DNA of 64,000 nucleotides. It comes from Anaerohalosphaeraceae bacterium (GTDB lineage Bacteria; Planctomycetota; Phycisphaerae; Sedimentisphaerales; Anaerohalosphaeraceae). Below the pieces are notes generated by a model that worked only from the letters and a program-made list of their open reading frames with translations, was not told the origin of the DNA and made no database searches. How positions within the stretch are numbered: position 1 is the first letter of the stretch; each line of letters begins with the position of its first letter. The stretch spans positions 64,001 through 128,000 of the forward strand of contig CAXXSL010000013.1 in NCBI GenBank assembly GCA_963675525.2, given 5' to 3'. Shown here piece by piece: positions 9,586 to 19,655 of the stretch. A program made the translations under genes and the position numbers.

Positions 9586-10329
9586 ATGAAAAAAACCTGG
9601 CTGCTTTTATGTTTATTGGGATTGAGCACGACAGGGTGCATGGACCATCAAAATCAACCGGCCCGGATAACCGCACCCGGACAATACGAGGCCGCTTTGG
9701 CACGCACCGTAACCATGGAAATAGACTATCTGATTTATCTGCCCGATGACTACGGCAAAGTTCAAAAAGACTGGCCTCTGATAGTCTTTTTGCACGGTCT
9801 TGGTGAACGTGGTGACGACCTGAATAAAGTCAAGGCTCACGGCCCGGCTAAACTCGTTGAGCAAGGCCGCCGTTTTCCATTTATCATCGTCTCGCCCCAG
9901 TGCCCCGACCATAAATGGTGGACCCATATGACCGCACATGTCATCGCATTGGTTGACGACATCATCGAAAATTATGACGTGGACGAAGATCACGTTTACC
10001 TAACTGGCCTGAGTATGGGTGGATACGGCACATGGGCCATTGCCGGCACGTATCCCGAGCATTTCGCTGCCATCGCTCCGATTTGCGGCGGTGGCATTCG
10101 CCACGCGGCATTCAACCTTAAAAATGTTCCTGTCTGGGCTTTCCACGGCGAACAGGACCCCATTGTTCCGATTGAACGCTCCCGCGAAATGGTCGATGCC
10201 GTCAAACAAGTCGGAGGAGATGCGAAATTAACGATTTATCCCGGTGTCGGACATGATGCATGGACGCAGACATACAACAACGATGAACTTTACGAATGGT
10301 TCTTGTCACATTCCAGAAAACAGGATTAA
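9586..10329 (+). CDS. Alpha/beta-hydrolase (carboxylesterase/peptidase-like) lipoprotein
   Basis: SD AAGGAG; lipobox TTGC; PLIVFLHG, GLSMGG nucleophile elbow, FHGEQD, GHDAW. Confidence 0.88.
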   Translation: MKKTWLLLCLLGLSTTGCMDHQNQPARITAPGQYEAALARTVTMEIDYLIYLPDDYGKVQKDWPLIVFLHGLGERGDDLNKVKAHGPAKLVEQGRRFPFIIVSPQCPDHKWWTHMTAHVIALVDDIIENYDVDEDHVYLTGLSMGGYGTWAIAGTYPEHFAAIAPICGGGIRHAAFNLKNVPVWAFHGEQDPIVPIERSREMVDAVKQVGGDAKLTIYPGVGHDAWTQTYNNDELYEWFLSHSRKQD

Positions 10330-10330
10330 C

Positions 10331-11785
10331 ATGGATACCGCAAAGCAATTACGAGATAAAATCGCCGCCGGCCGGATGAAAAGCGCCGATGCCGTAAAGA
10401 CTGTGTTTGACCGCATTGAAAAAATCGATTCGACCCTGGGCGCTTTTCTTTCCTTATATAAGAATCAGGCCTTTGAACAGGCCCAGGTCGTAGATGATAA
10501 GATTGCCGCGGGACAACCCGTTGGACATCTGGCGGGAGTTCCCATCGCGATCAAAGATAACATGTGTACGACTTTCGGAGCGACGACCTGTGCGTCTAAG
10601 ATTCTTGAGAATTTTCACGCGCCTTACAATGCCCACGTCGTCGAAAAACTCCATGAAGCAGACGCCGTCATTATCGGCAAATGCAATCTTGACGAGTTCG
10701 CCATGGGTTCCAGCACGGAAAACTCCGGCCTCAAACAAACCGTCAATCCATGGGACACCGACCGCGTCCCCGGCGGCAGCAGCGGCGGTTCCGCCGCGGC
10801 AGTTGCGGCAGGGCTTTGCTGCGGCGCACTCGGCTCGGATACCGGCGGGTCGATTCGCCAGCCCGCCTCCTTTTGCGGGGTTGTGGGCCTCAAACCCACC
10901 TACGGACGCGTCTCCCGATACGGCCTCGTCGCCTACGGTTCCAGCCTCGACCAGATCGGACCGCTCACACAGGACGTTACGGATGCCGCTTTGTTATTGA
11001 ATGTGATTGCCGGCCACGACCAGCGGGACAGTACCTCGGTCCCCGAAACAATCGCGCCGGTCAAAGATTATCTGGCCGAATTGGAAACACCCGTCAAAGG
11101 CCTCAAAATCGCAACGGTCCCGCACCTCAACCAGGGCGCGGACCCATCCGTACAAAAAGCGATACAGGATGCGTTGGGCGTTTACAAATCGTTAGGCGCC
11201 GAAATCATCGAAATCGACATGCCGAACTTTGACTACGCCATCAGTGCTTATTACGTCATCGCCACTGCAGAAGCATCGAGCAACCTGGCCCGTTTCGACG
11301 GCGTGCACTATGGCTACCGAAGTCAAAAAGCAAATGATTACGTCGAGGTCTATTCCAAATCGCGGGACGAGGCCTTCGGCACCGAAGTCAAACGCCGCAT
11401 CATGCTGGGGACGTATGCCCTCTCCAGCGGCTATTACGACGCCTATTACCTCAAGGCCCTGAAAGTACGAAACCTGATTCGCAGCGATTTCACAAAGGCG
11501 TTCGATCAGGCCGACTGCCTGATGATGCCGGTCAGCCCGACCACGGCGTTTAAAATCGGTGAAAAAACCGACGACCCGCTGCAAATGTACCTGGCGGACA
11601 TTTATACCATCGCCGTCAACCTGGCGGGTGTACCGGGCATCAGCATCCCCTGCGGCTTCGACGAAAAGAATCTACCGATTGGATTGCAGATACTTTCCGG
11701 CCCGTTCAGCGAAGATAAATTATTAAGAATCGCCCGCATGCACGAAAAACAAACAGACTGGCATACAAGGAAACCAAATTTTTAG
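10331..11785 (+). CDS. gatA: Asp/Glu-tRNA amidotransferase subunit A
   Basis: GVPIAIKDN, DEFAMGSSTE, GGSSGGSAAA, GSDTGGSIRQPA, EVKRRIMLG. Confidence 0.97.
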   Translation: MDTAKQLRDKIAAGRMKSADAVKTVFDRIEKIDSTLGAFLSLYKNQAFEQAQVVDDKIAAGQPVGHLAGVPIAIKDNMCTTFGATTCASKILENFHAPYNAHVVEKLHEADAVIIGKCNLDEFAMGSSTENSGLKQTVNPWDTDRVPGGSSGGSAAAVAAGLCCGALGSDTGGSIRQPASFCGVVGLKPTYGRVSRYGLVAYGSSLDQIGPLTQDVTDAALLLNVIAGHDQRDSTSVPETIAPVKDYLAELETPVKGLKIATVPHLNQGADPSVQKAIQDALGVYKSLGAEIIEIDMPNFDYAISAYYVIATAEASSNLARFDGVHYGYRSQKANDYVEVYSKSRDEAFGTEVKRRIMLGTYALSSGYYDAYYLKALKVRNLIRSDFTKAFDQADCLMMPVSPTTAFKIGEKTDDPLQMYLADIYTIAVNLAGVPGISIPCGFDEKNLPIGLQILSGPFSEDKLLRIARMHEKQTDWHTRKPNF

Positions 11786-11811
11786 CCACAGAGGACACAG
11801 AGTTCACAGAG
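11785..11811 (+). repeat. Three tandem 9-bp units ending CACAGAG between gatA and gatB
   Basis: GCCACAGAG GACACAGAG TTCACAGAG. Confidence 0.7.
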
Positions 11812-11821
11812 AGATATAAAT

Positions 11822-13285
11822 ATGGCTGAGTTAGACTATAAAATAATTGTTGGGTTAGAAATTCACGTTCATTTGGCGACCCGTACCAAGATGTTTTGCG
11901 GCTGTGAGTTGGCCTACGGCGACACGGCCAACACCCACGTCTGCCCCGTCTGCATCGGTATGCCGGGCAGCTTACCGGTCATGAACAAGACCGCACTGGA
12001 GTTTTCCATCCTGACCGGGCTGGCTCTGAACTGCCAAATCGCCTCCTTCACCAAATGGGACCGCAAAAGTTATTACTACCCCGACCTGCCGAAAAACTAC
12101 CAAATCAGTCAATACGACCTGCCCTTCAGCGAACACGGCTATATCGAAATCCCCGTCGAATCCGGCGGCACCAAAAAAATCCGCATCCTGCGGGCGCACC
12201 TCGAAGAAGACGCCGGCAAAAACATTCACACGCTCGGCAATTTTTCCGCTGTGGACCTGAACCGAGCCGGCACGCCCCTGTTGGAAATCGTCACCGAGCC
12301 GGACATGAACAGCCCCGAAGAAGTCGGCGCACTGGCCCGTGAACTGCAGCGCATTGTCCGCTTTCTCGGCGTCTCCGAGGCCGACATGCAAAAGGGACAC
12401 ATGCGCTTCGAGCCGAACGTCAACCTGCACATCACCCGCAACGGCGAAGTTTTCAAAACCCCCATCAGCGAAGTCAAAAACCTCAACAGTTTCCGCGCCA
12501 TCGAACGCAGCATCGCCTACGAAGTCCGCCGACAGCTTCACGAATTCAAAGAAACCGGAAAAACCTTGCAAATGGGCAACAAAAGCACCTACGGCTGGGA
12601 CGACAATCAGCAAGTCACCGTCCTGCAGCGAGAAAAGGAAGAAGCCCACGACTACCGCTACTTCCCCGACCCAGATCTGGTTCCCGTCGAGGTCAATGAC
12701 GCATGGCTCGGCGAAATTAAATCCCGCCTGTGCGAACTGCCGATACAGATGCAGTTGCGTTTCGCCAAAGATTACGGCCTCAGCGACTACGACGCAGGCG
12801 TTCTCACCGCCGACCGCGCCACAGCGGAATTCTTTGACACCGCCGTCAAATTCGGCGCCGACCCGAAGCGCATCTGCAATCTCCTGACACAAACCGGCCT
12901 GAAATTGGCCAATGAAAAAGGCACAACCGTTGACCAACTGGGGATTACGCCGGAAAATCTGGCCAAACTGGCCCAAATGACCGACGCCGGTGATGTCAGC
13001 GCTACCGCTGCGACCACCATATTCGAAGAAATGGCGGCAACCGGCAGCGACCCCATGCAAATCGCCGAAGCCAAAAACCTGATACAGAAAAGCGATGTCG
13101 GCCAAATCGAAGCATTGGTCGATGCCGTACTGGCTGAAAATGCAGAAGCCGTCGAAGACGCCAAAACTAATCCAAAGAAGGCGAAAAAAGCCATGGGGTT
13201 CTTAACCGGCCAGGTCATTAAGAAAAGCAAAGGCCAGGCCAATCCGAAAATCGTTTCACAGTTACTCAACAAAAAATTGAAATAA
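11822..13285 (+). CDS. gatB: Asp/Glu-tRNA amidotransferase subunit B
   Basis: GLEIHV, YYYPDLPKNYQISQ, HLEEDAGK, DLNRAGTPLLEIVTEPD, DYRYFPDPDL. Confidence 0.97.
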   Translation: MAELDYKIIVGLEIHVHLATRTKMFCGCELAYGDTANTHVCPVCIGMPGSLPVMNKTALEFSILTGLALNCQIASFTKWDRKSYYYPDLPKNYQISQYDLPFSEHGYIEIPVESGGTKKIRILRAHLEEDAGKNIHTLGNFSAVDLNRAGTPLLEIVTEPDMNSPEEVGALARELQRIVRFLGVSEADMQKGHMRFEPNVNLHITRNGEVFKTPISEVKNLNSFRAIERSIAYEVRRQLHEFKETGKTLQMGNKSTYGWDDNQQVTVLQREKEEAHDYRYFPDPDLVPVEVNDAWLGEIKSRLCELPIQMQLRFAKDYGLSDYDAGVLTADRATAEFFDTAVKFGADPKRICNLLTQTGLKLANEKGTTVDQLGITPENLAKLAQMTDAGDVSATAATTIFEEMAATGSDPMQIAEAKNLIQKSDVGQIEALVDAVLAENAEAVEDAKTNPKKAKKAMGFLTGQVIKKSKGQANPKIVSQLLNKKLK

Positions 13286-13313
13286 AGAGTGATCCTTCGG
13301 ATACGATAAACTT

Positions 13314-13340
13314 GTCATCCCGGGCTTGACCCGGGATCCA
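13314..13340. repeat. REP-like palindrome
   Basis: GTCATCCCGGG-CTTGA-CCCGGGATCCA; perfect 8-bp stem without a U-tract. Confidence 0.65.
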
Positions 13341-13394
13341 GCGATTTGTATTAACTGTTTTAATTAATAACAATAACCAAACAGGAAACCAACA

Positions 13395-14426
13395 ATGACA
13401 CTACGACTGGTTGAAATCTTTCTACCTTTCGAGACGGAAGCGAAACTCTTCGAGATTCTTTCGGAGTTTCCCCCTGCAACCCTCATTCAGAAGGAAAACG
13501 AGGAAGGCCAGCTTCATTTAAAAGTCCTCGTTGAATCGGACCGGACCGAGGGACTCCTGGACCAGATCGAAGCCGCGTTTTACCATCACCATGAATACCG
13601 CGACAAGTTTCACATTCTGATCACGCCCGTTCAGGCAACCATTCCACGAATTCAGCCGCCGGAGCAGGACGCCGAGTCTGCCGAGCAGGAAACAGTAAAA
13701 GATAAGATCAAATACGCTCGCGTCAACCGGGAGGAACTGTATGCCGGCATCCACGAAGCCAGCAAGCTGACAGGAGTCTTCATCCTGATGGTGGTCTTCT
13801 CGTCGATTGTCGCCGCCATCGGCCTGATGCGGAATAATACCGCCGTCGTCATCGGGGCCATGGTCATCGCCCCGCTACTGGGGCCAAACGTGGCACTATC
13901 GCTGGCTTCGGCACTAGGAGATATGGAACTGGCAAAAGTCGCCAAACGCGCCAATATCGCCGGGATATTGATTCCATTTTTGCTGGCGGCACTAATCGGG
14001 TACATTTTCAAATGTGACTGCAGCTGTTCGGAAATCATGTCCCGTACAACAGTCAATGAATCGGATATCATTCTAGCTCTGATTACCGGGTGTATCGCGA
14101 CGCTGTCATTTACCATGGCCATGGCGGGCACACTGATCGGCGTCATGGTAGCCGTCGCCCTAATGCCTCCGCTGGTCGCCAGCGGGATTCTATTGGGATC
14201 GGGCCAATTTCGATTAGCGGTCGCGGCAGGCCTGTTATTTTTAACAAACCTGATCTGCGTAAATCTGGCCGGCGTAGTCACATTTCTGCTTCAAGGTGTC
14301 CAACCACTGTGGTGGTGGGAAAAGGAAAAGGCCAAAATAGCCAATCGGCGTGCGATTATCATTTGGACGATTTGCCTGATTCTATTGATATTGACCATCA
14401 CCTCATCGCGTTGGTGGAATAAATAA
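13395..14426 (+). CDS. DUF389 / TIGR00341-family membrane protein
   Basis: AVVIGAMVIAPLLGP and GVMVAVALMPPL motifs; multiple TM helices. Confidence 0.88.
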   Translation: MTLRLVEIFLPFETEAKLFEILSEFPPATLIQKENEEGQLHLKVLVESDRTEGLLDQIEAAFYHHHEYRDKFHILITPVQATIPRIQPPEQDAESAEQETVKDKIKYARVNREELYAGIHEASKLTGVFILMVVFSSIVAAIGLMRNNTAVVIGAMVIAPLLGPNVALSLASALGDMELAKVAKRANIAGILIPFLLAALIGYIFKCDCSCSEIMSRTTVNESDIILALITGCIATLSFTMAMAGTLIGVMVAVALMPPLVASGILLGSGQFRLAVAAGLLFLTNLICVNLAGVVTFLLQGVQPLWWWEKEKAKIANRRAIIIWTICLILLILTITSSRWWNK

Positions 14427-14429
14427 CGC

Positions 14430-15236
14430 CTATTTCATCCCCGTCGCTTTTTTGAGATAGGCAATCTGTGTATTGGTCAGACGTTTGTAACTACCGACAG
14501 CAATCCCTTTCAGGACGATGTTGCCGATCTGGGTGCGTTTGAGTGCCATCACTTTATAGCCGAGATGCGCGAATGTCCGGCGGATCTGGCGATTTAACCC
14601 CTGTCGGATGCTGACTTCCAGCAGCGTCTCCTCGTTGGTCTTTCGCAGAACCTTAACCGCCGCCCGCTCGGTTTTGCCTTCGGACAGCCAGACGCCCTTT
14701 TTAAGCTTTTCGATCTCCTCGCCTTCCATTCTGCCGCGAAGTTTGACCTGATAGGTCTTGGGCAGTTCATAGCGTGGATGCGTCAGGCGATTGGTCAGTT
14801 CCGAGTCATTGGTCAAAATAATCGCCCCGGTCGTATCCACATCCAACCGCCCCACGCAGAAAATGCGTTCGGGACAATCGATCAGATCGATGGCCCGAGA
14901 CCGGTTCATCGGGTCGGCATTCGTGCAAATAACCCCCTTGGGCTTATTCAGTAAAAAATAGACTTTTTTCGACTGCTGGATCCGCTGCCCATCCACACGA
15001 ATATCATCCACCGCCGGATCCGCAAATGCCGGCAGTTCATTGACCAAGGTCCCATTAACAGTCACGGCCCCTTCCAGAATTATCTCCTCGCACTTCCGGC
15101 GTGAATCAATTCCCGCCGAAGCTAGTATTTTCTGAAGCCGCTGCTTGCCTCCATGCTTTTCAACATGTATTTTGTGCTTTTCGGCATGAGGCTTACGCGC
15201 TTTAACTCTTTTTCTCTTCGCTACTTTTTTTGCCAT
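14430..15236 (-). CDS. rRNA pseudouridine synthase, RsuA/RluB family
   Basis: S4 domain RLQKILASAG..SRRK, NKPKG, VGRLD, GLNRQIRR. Confidence 0.93.
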   Translation of the reverse strand: MAKKVAKRKRVKARKPHAEKHKIHVEKHGGKQRLQKILASAGIDSRRKCEEIILEGAVTVNGTLVNELPAFADPAVDDIRVDGQRIQQSKKVYFLLNKPKGVICTNADPMNRSRAIDLIDCPERIFCVGRLDVDTTGAIILTNDSELTNRLTHPRYELPKTYQVKLRGRMEGEEIEKLKKGVWLSEGKTERAAVKVLRKTNEETLLEVSIRQGLNRQIRRTFAHLGYKVMALKRTQIGNIVLKGIAVGSYKRLTNTQIAYLKKATGMK

Positions 15237-15956
15237 TTACGCAATCACCAAAAGGTTGGAAACATCATGAATCGTCACATACACCATCAACATTAAAATG
15301 AGCCCCCAGCCGGCAATCGAGACCGGAACATATAGCCGTTTCACAGGCATTCGCAATTGATGCAGGATATCCAGAAGAATCTTGCCGCCATCTAAGGGAA
15401 GGATTGGCAGCAAATTCAGAAATGCCAGGTTTATATTCAGCAACACCGACAACGATAGCAGTCTCGGGATATCGACACCAATTTCCTTGCCGCCAAAGGC
15501 AACCAGCCCGACGATTCCGCTTAGCTGTTGGGGATGGCTGAAAAGAGCCGGAATCGACTGGATAAACTGAGCGGACATATCCCATAACTGGACAAACGGT
15601 ACAACAAAAATAGACGCAGCAGTGACGCCATGATAAATGATGCTCATCACCAGCAAACCTGCCCAGGCGGCGATGATATTGGCAAGCGGACCTGCCAGAG
15701 CAAACAGCACCCGATTTTTAAATGAAAAAGCAAAGTAGTCCTCCAGCACCTCAATGTCCGGCATCACATATCCCCCCAGGGGAAAAACAGAAATCCGGTA
15801 ATCGGTCTCCTTATAAGTAAAACCAAACAGACGCCGGCCGTAGCCGACCGAAAACTGTTTCACCGGTATCCCCGCCCGCTTGGCCGCACAGAAATGCCCG
15901 AACTCATGAATCAAAATCAAAAAACTAATCATTAAAAATATAATGATATATCCCAT
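15237..15956 (-). CDS. Site-2 protease (M50, RseP-like, no obvious PDZ domain)
   Basis: HEFGH, PLGGYV, AGPLAN, NLLPILPLDGG. Confidence 0.9.
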   Translation of the reverse strand: MGYIIIFLMISFLILIHEFGHFCAAKRAGIPVKQFSVGYGRRLFGFTYKETDYRISVFPLGGYVMPDIEVLEDYFAFSFKNRVLFALAGPLANIIAAWAGLLVMSIIYHGVTAASIFVVPFVQLWDMSAQFIQSIPALFSHPQQLSGIVGLVAFGGKEIGVDIPRLLSLSVLLNINLAFLNLLPILPLDGGKILLDILHQLRMPVKRLYVPVSIAGWGLILMLMVYVTIHDVSNLLVIA

Positions 15957-16041
15957 TTTACACTCCAAATCGAACGTCTATTGGCTTTTACCGATGTTAT
16001 TATACGATATTTCATCCAATATACTATCAGTTACTTGGTGA

Positions 16042-16278
16042 TTATTTATGAAAAAAGCGGACGACCCACAATATTAATGTCAAAATTAACGAAAGAACAG
16101 TGCACGATACGACCGGAAAAAAGATTCGCCAGTTTTTTCCACCAAATTCAATATCTCCCGGCAAACGAAACAAGCCCAGCTTTGAAAGCGCCAAAACAAG
16201 GACGCCCGCGCCTAGGAGCATCAGGCCCCCGAAAATCAGCATTTTCCCAAGTTGTCCCGGCTCAAAACCCTGCACCAT
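16042..16278 (-). CDS. DUF2905-family small membrane protein
   Basis: RLPGDI motif between two TM helices; FFPVVSC. Confidence 0.8.
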   Translation of the reverse strand: MVQGFEPGQLGKMLIFGGLMLLGAGVLVLALSKLGLFRLPGDIEFGGKNWRIFFPVVSCTVLSLILTLILWVVRFFHK

Positions 16279-16561
16279 CGGCACCTTCCGTATTCAAAAT
16301 ACCGTAAAAATCGATTATATACGATCCAATAAAAACCCGGCAAGCAGAATTGTCGCAAATCCATCCAAAAACCAATATTCATTATTGCTCAAAAAACACC
16401 GCATTCAAACTAAAATCTTATTTTCAACCTCAAAAACACATCCTCGCCTCTATTTTTTCTTGACGAATCGGCTCTCAAACCCCATACTACAATAAGTTAT
16501 GTTCGTTTGGGGCAAGTATCTGGAATAATCTTTACTTATAATAATTTTAAGGAGTTGGAAC

Positions 16562-18007
16562 ATGGCCGCTCGCCAAGGATCGCAAAGCAACGCAATGCTT
16601 TATTCGCTCATTACCTTTGTTGCGTTGTTCATCATCGCAACTGTTTGCGCCGTCATTTTTTACGTCAAATCCGAAGAATACCGTACGTCCAGCCAAAATG
16701 ATCAGGCAAAGCTGGAAGAGGTCGCTAATCGAAGCGAACAGGGCCGACTGCCACGCATCGTCGGAAAACCCGAAAAAGGCGTTTCTTATCTGGGCACAAT
16801 GGAAAAACTGTTCGATGATCTTTATCGAATGCTGCTCGGAAAGGAAGCCCCCGAGGACACCCCCGCCACCGTCAAGTTCAACGAAATATCGATGACCGCT
16901 CAGAACAAATTGATCGAAGGCCTGGGAGACGATGTCAGCCCTGCCAGTGGACCGGACGGAATCGCTATTTTGAAAACAGTCGAAGATTTGAAGCAAAAGC
17001 TTGATATCGCACGGGAAAAACTGGCCGCGTATGACAAACTCGCCCAAGACCTGCAGGCCGATCTGGATACCGCAAAATCCCAAAACGAATCGCAGCAACA
17101 GGAATTTCTGCTTGAGCTGAACCAGTTCCAGGCACAAGCCGATCAAATCCGTGACAGCTTCGATACCCTGAAACAAGACATGCAGGGGGTGTTCAACGAG
17201 CAAATCCAAGTGTTCGAGGAGAAGCTCGAAGCCCTGGAGGTCACGTTAAAGAAAAAACAAATGGAACTGCAGGACACGGAGGAAAAACTAACCGAAACCA
17301 GCACGCTGCTGGACTCGGCACTGACAAAGCTCAGCGACATCAAACCCAAACCGAATATTGAAGTGCAGGCTTACAAGCCCGACGCCCAGATCGTCAGAAT
17401 CGATCTTCAAAACGGCATCGTTTACCTTGACGCAGGAATCAAGGACCATATTTACCGCGGTCTTACATTTGCCATTTATGACCGGAACCAGCCGATTCCG
17501 GAAACCGGCGAAGGCAAAGCTGAAATCGAGGTCTTCCAGGTCAGCGAACAGGTTTGTGCCGCCCGTATTATCAAATCGGAAAAGAAGAATCCGATCGTCA
17601 AAGAAGACATTGTATCGAATTTGATCTGGGACAGCAAAACGTCTAACCGTTTCGTTGTCGCCGGCGAATTTGACTTCAATAATGACGGCCGCCCTGACAA
17701 AGACGGTAACAAACGGATTATCGAAATGGTCGAACGCTGGGGCGGAACAGTCATGGATGACGTAACCGTCGATACGGACTTTATCGTAGTCGGGCTTTCA
17801 CCCTCTGCACTACAGCGGCCGACCCAGGACGAAATCGACATCGACCCGATGGCTCAGTTACGATTCGAGCAATCTCTTCAGAAGACCCAAAGCTACAAGA
17901 ACCTTTTGGATAAAGCCAATAACCTGAGCGTTCCGGTGTTTAACCAAAAACGCTTTATGTATTTGATCGGCTACGACACTCTGGCCAACAAAAACCCCGG
18001 CATGTGA
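16562..18007 (+). CDS. Membrane-anchored coiled-coil protein with a C-terminal BRCT-like segment
   Basis: SD AAGGAG; N-terminal TM; long heptad-rich region; FVVAGEFDFNNDG...WGGTVMDDVTVDTDFIVVG. Confidence 0.7.
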   Translation: MAARQGSQSNAMLYSLITFVALFIIATVCAVIFYVKSEEYRTSSQNDQAKLEEVANRSEQGRLPRIVGKPEKGVSYLGTMEKLFDDLYRMLLGKEAPEDTPATVKFNEISMTAQNKLIEGLGDDVSPASGPDGIAILKTVEDLKQKLDIAREKLAAYDKLAQDLQADLDTAKSQNESQQQEFLLELNQFQAQADQIRDSFDTLKQDMQGVFNEQIQVFEEKLEALEVTLKKKQMELQDTEEKLTETSTLLDSALTKLSDIKPKPNIEVQAYKPDAQIVRIDLQNGIVYLDAGIKDHIYRGLTFAIYDRNQPIPETGEGKAEIEVFQVSEQVCAARIIKSEKKNPIVKEDIVSNLIWDSKTSNRFVVAGEFDFNNDGRPDKDGNKRIIEMVERWGGTVMDDVTVDTDFIVVGLSPSALQRPTQDEIDIDPMAQLRFEQSLQKTQSYKNLLDKANNLSVPVFNQKRFMYLIGYDTLANKNPGM

Positions 18008-18032
18008 TCACAGAAGATAGAAGTGCTTTTAC

Positions 18033-18061
18033 AAGGCAGGTTTTAAGACCTGCCTTTTTTT
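18033..18061 (+). terminator. Intrinsic terminator
   Basis: AAGGCAGGT/ACCTGCCTT stem plus T-run. Confidence 0.75.
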
Positions 18062-18074
18062 ATGCCTCCGGCGG

Positions 18075-18770
18075 CTAAGGTGTAATGCCGATATCAGCCA
18101 CAAAGACACGCCCGGTCGCCCTTCGGGATTCAAGACATTCCGTAAATCCCTTTTTGATCGCTGCAAAAGTGACGGTCGCTTGTGCCTCGATACACACCGG
18201 CAGCGGCAAACCCGTATCGCAGTCCAGGCCGGAAGGAATATCGACCGCCACGATCGGAATATTATGCGAATTGATGCAACTGACCAACAACGCATAAGCA
18301 CTACGAAGTTCGCCGGATAACCCCGTGCCAAAGATCGCGTCCACCAGCAAATAGCACCCTTCCGCAGCATTTTCAACATTGACACACAGGCTGTCCGATT
18401 CGATATCCAGCACCTGGATCGGCAAACGCATATTCCGACATATCTGATAATTGATCTGTGCGTCCCCGGTGATCTTCACCGGATCGGCACACATCACGAT
18501 CGTTACCGCTACCCCATGATTGAACAAATGCCGGGCAATGACAAATCCATCGCCCCCATTATTTCCAGCGCCGCAGAAAATACAGACCGTCGGAGCGGTT
18601 TTCCCTTCCAGCATCTGAAGGATTAGCGAGGCACAATTATGCCCGGCATTTTCCATCAGGACGACGCCCGGAATGTTCATGGAATTAATCGCCCAAGCAT
18701 CAAAATCGCGTACCTGCTGCCGGGTCATAACCGAAAATTCATCCGTATTATCAACTGTCCATTCTTTCAT
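18075..18770 (-). CDS. nnrE: NAD(P)H-hydrate epimerase (YjeF N-terminal domain)
   Basis: LMENAG, CGAGNNGGDG, VDAIFGTG, AVDIPSG, ADIGI. Confidence 0.92.
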   Translation of the reverse strand: MKEWTVDNTDEFSVMTRQQVRDFDAWAINSMNIPGVVLMENAGHNCASLILQMLEGKTAPTVCIFCGAGNNGGDGFVIARHLFNHGVAVTIVMCADPVKITGDAQINYQICRNMRLPIQVLDIESDSLCVNVENAAEGCYLLVDAIFGTGLSGELRSAYALLVSCINSHNIPIVAVDIPSGLDCDTGLPLPVCIEAQATVTFAAIKKGFTECLESRRATGRVFVADIGITP

Positions 18771-18778
18771 GAATATCT

Positions 18779-18836
18779 ATTATATATCCGAATCTTTGTC
18801 ACGTCAATTGACACATCAACCAAAAACGGATAACAT
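18779..18836. promoter_or_regulatory. Back-to-back divergent sigma70 promoters (nnrE / surE)
   Basis: Minus strand: TTGACG-N17-TATAAT (18807-18779). Plus strand: TTGACA-N17-TAACAT (18808-18836). The two -35 boxes form the palindrome GTCAATTGAC. Confidence 0.7.
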
Positions 18837-18872
18837 AGCAGTAAATGAAAGTCCTTTTAAGTCGAGAAAGAC

Positions 18873-19637
18873 ATGAAAATCCTCTTAACAAATGACGATG
18901 GAATTTTTGCACCCGGCCTTGTGGCCCTCTATAAACGGCTCTCTACGATTGCCGAAATATTCGTCGCGGCCCCGGCCGATGTGCGATCCGGCGCCGGCCA
19001 CAGCATCTCGCTGAGTGAGATCACCTGCGAATATCTGGATATCGTCGGAAAATTCAAAGGATTCAGCGTGGATGGCTCCCCGGCAGACTGTGTCAAGTTG
19101 GCGATCAACGAACTGTACGCATCCGATGGCCCTTTTGATCTGGTGGTCTCCGGAATGAACAACGGAGCCAATGTGGGCATCAATGTTTTCTATTCCGGCA
19201 CGGTCGCCGGTGCGATTGAGGCGGCCTTCTACAACCTGCCCGCTATTGCTGTCAGTGCCGCATTCGACGAGCCGATGGACCTCGAAGCGGCAGCCGATTA
19301 CGCGATCGACGTCATCCGGCAACTTCTGGACCTTCCGGCCGGCCGTGTGGCCAATCTAAACATTCCCCGGCTATCCAAAGGCAAACCTAAAGGGCTGCTG
19401 GTCGTACCCCAGTCAACACACGGCTTTGAGGAACAATATCATTCGCGAACCGATGAAGATGGACAAAACATCTATCAGTTAACCGGCGGGACCCACCGCG
19501 ACCCCAAAGACGGCAACTGGACCGATACCATGGCCCTCGAAGCCGGATATGTGACTGTGACCTGTCTTCGCCAGGAACTGACCGACCCGGCCGGCAATGA
19601 ACTGTTAATGCAGAAGGCACTGAAATTCAAAACATAA
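18873..19637 (+). CDS. surE: 5'/3'-nucleotidase SurE
   Basis: MKILLTNDDGI, GSPADCV, VSGMNNGANVG, YSGTVAGA. Confidence 0.95.
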   Translation: MKILLTNDDGIFAPGLVALYKRLSTIAEIFVAAPADVRSGAGHSISLSEITCEYLDIVGKFKGFSVDGSPADCVKLAINELYASDGPFDLVVSGMNNGANVGINVFYSGTVAGAIEAAFYNLPAIAVSAAFDEPMDLEAAADYAIDVIRQLLDLPAGRVANLNIPRLSKGKPKGLLVVPQSTHGFEEQYHSRTDEDGQNIYQLTGGTHRDPKDGNWTDTMALEAGYVTVTCLRQELTDPAGNELLMQKALKFKT

Positions 19638-19655
19638 ACAAATTCGGAGGTTTGT

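Noticed and set aside
11972..13105. Long antisense ORFs opposite gatB (likewise opposite atpA, ligA and rtcB)
   Set aside because: Shadow ORFs caused by codon bias of well-supported genes on the other strand
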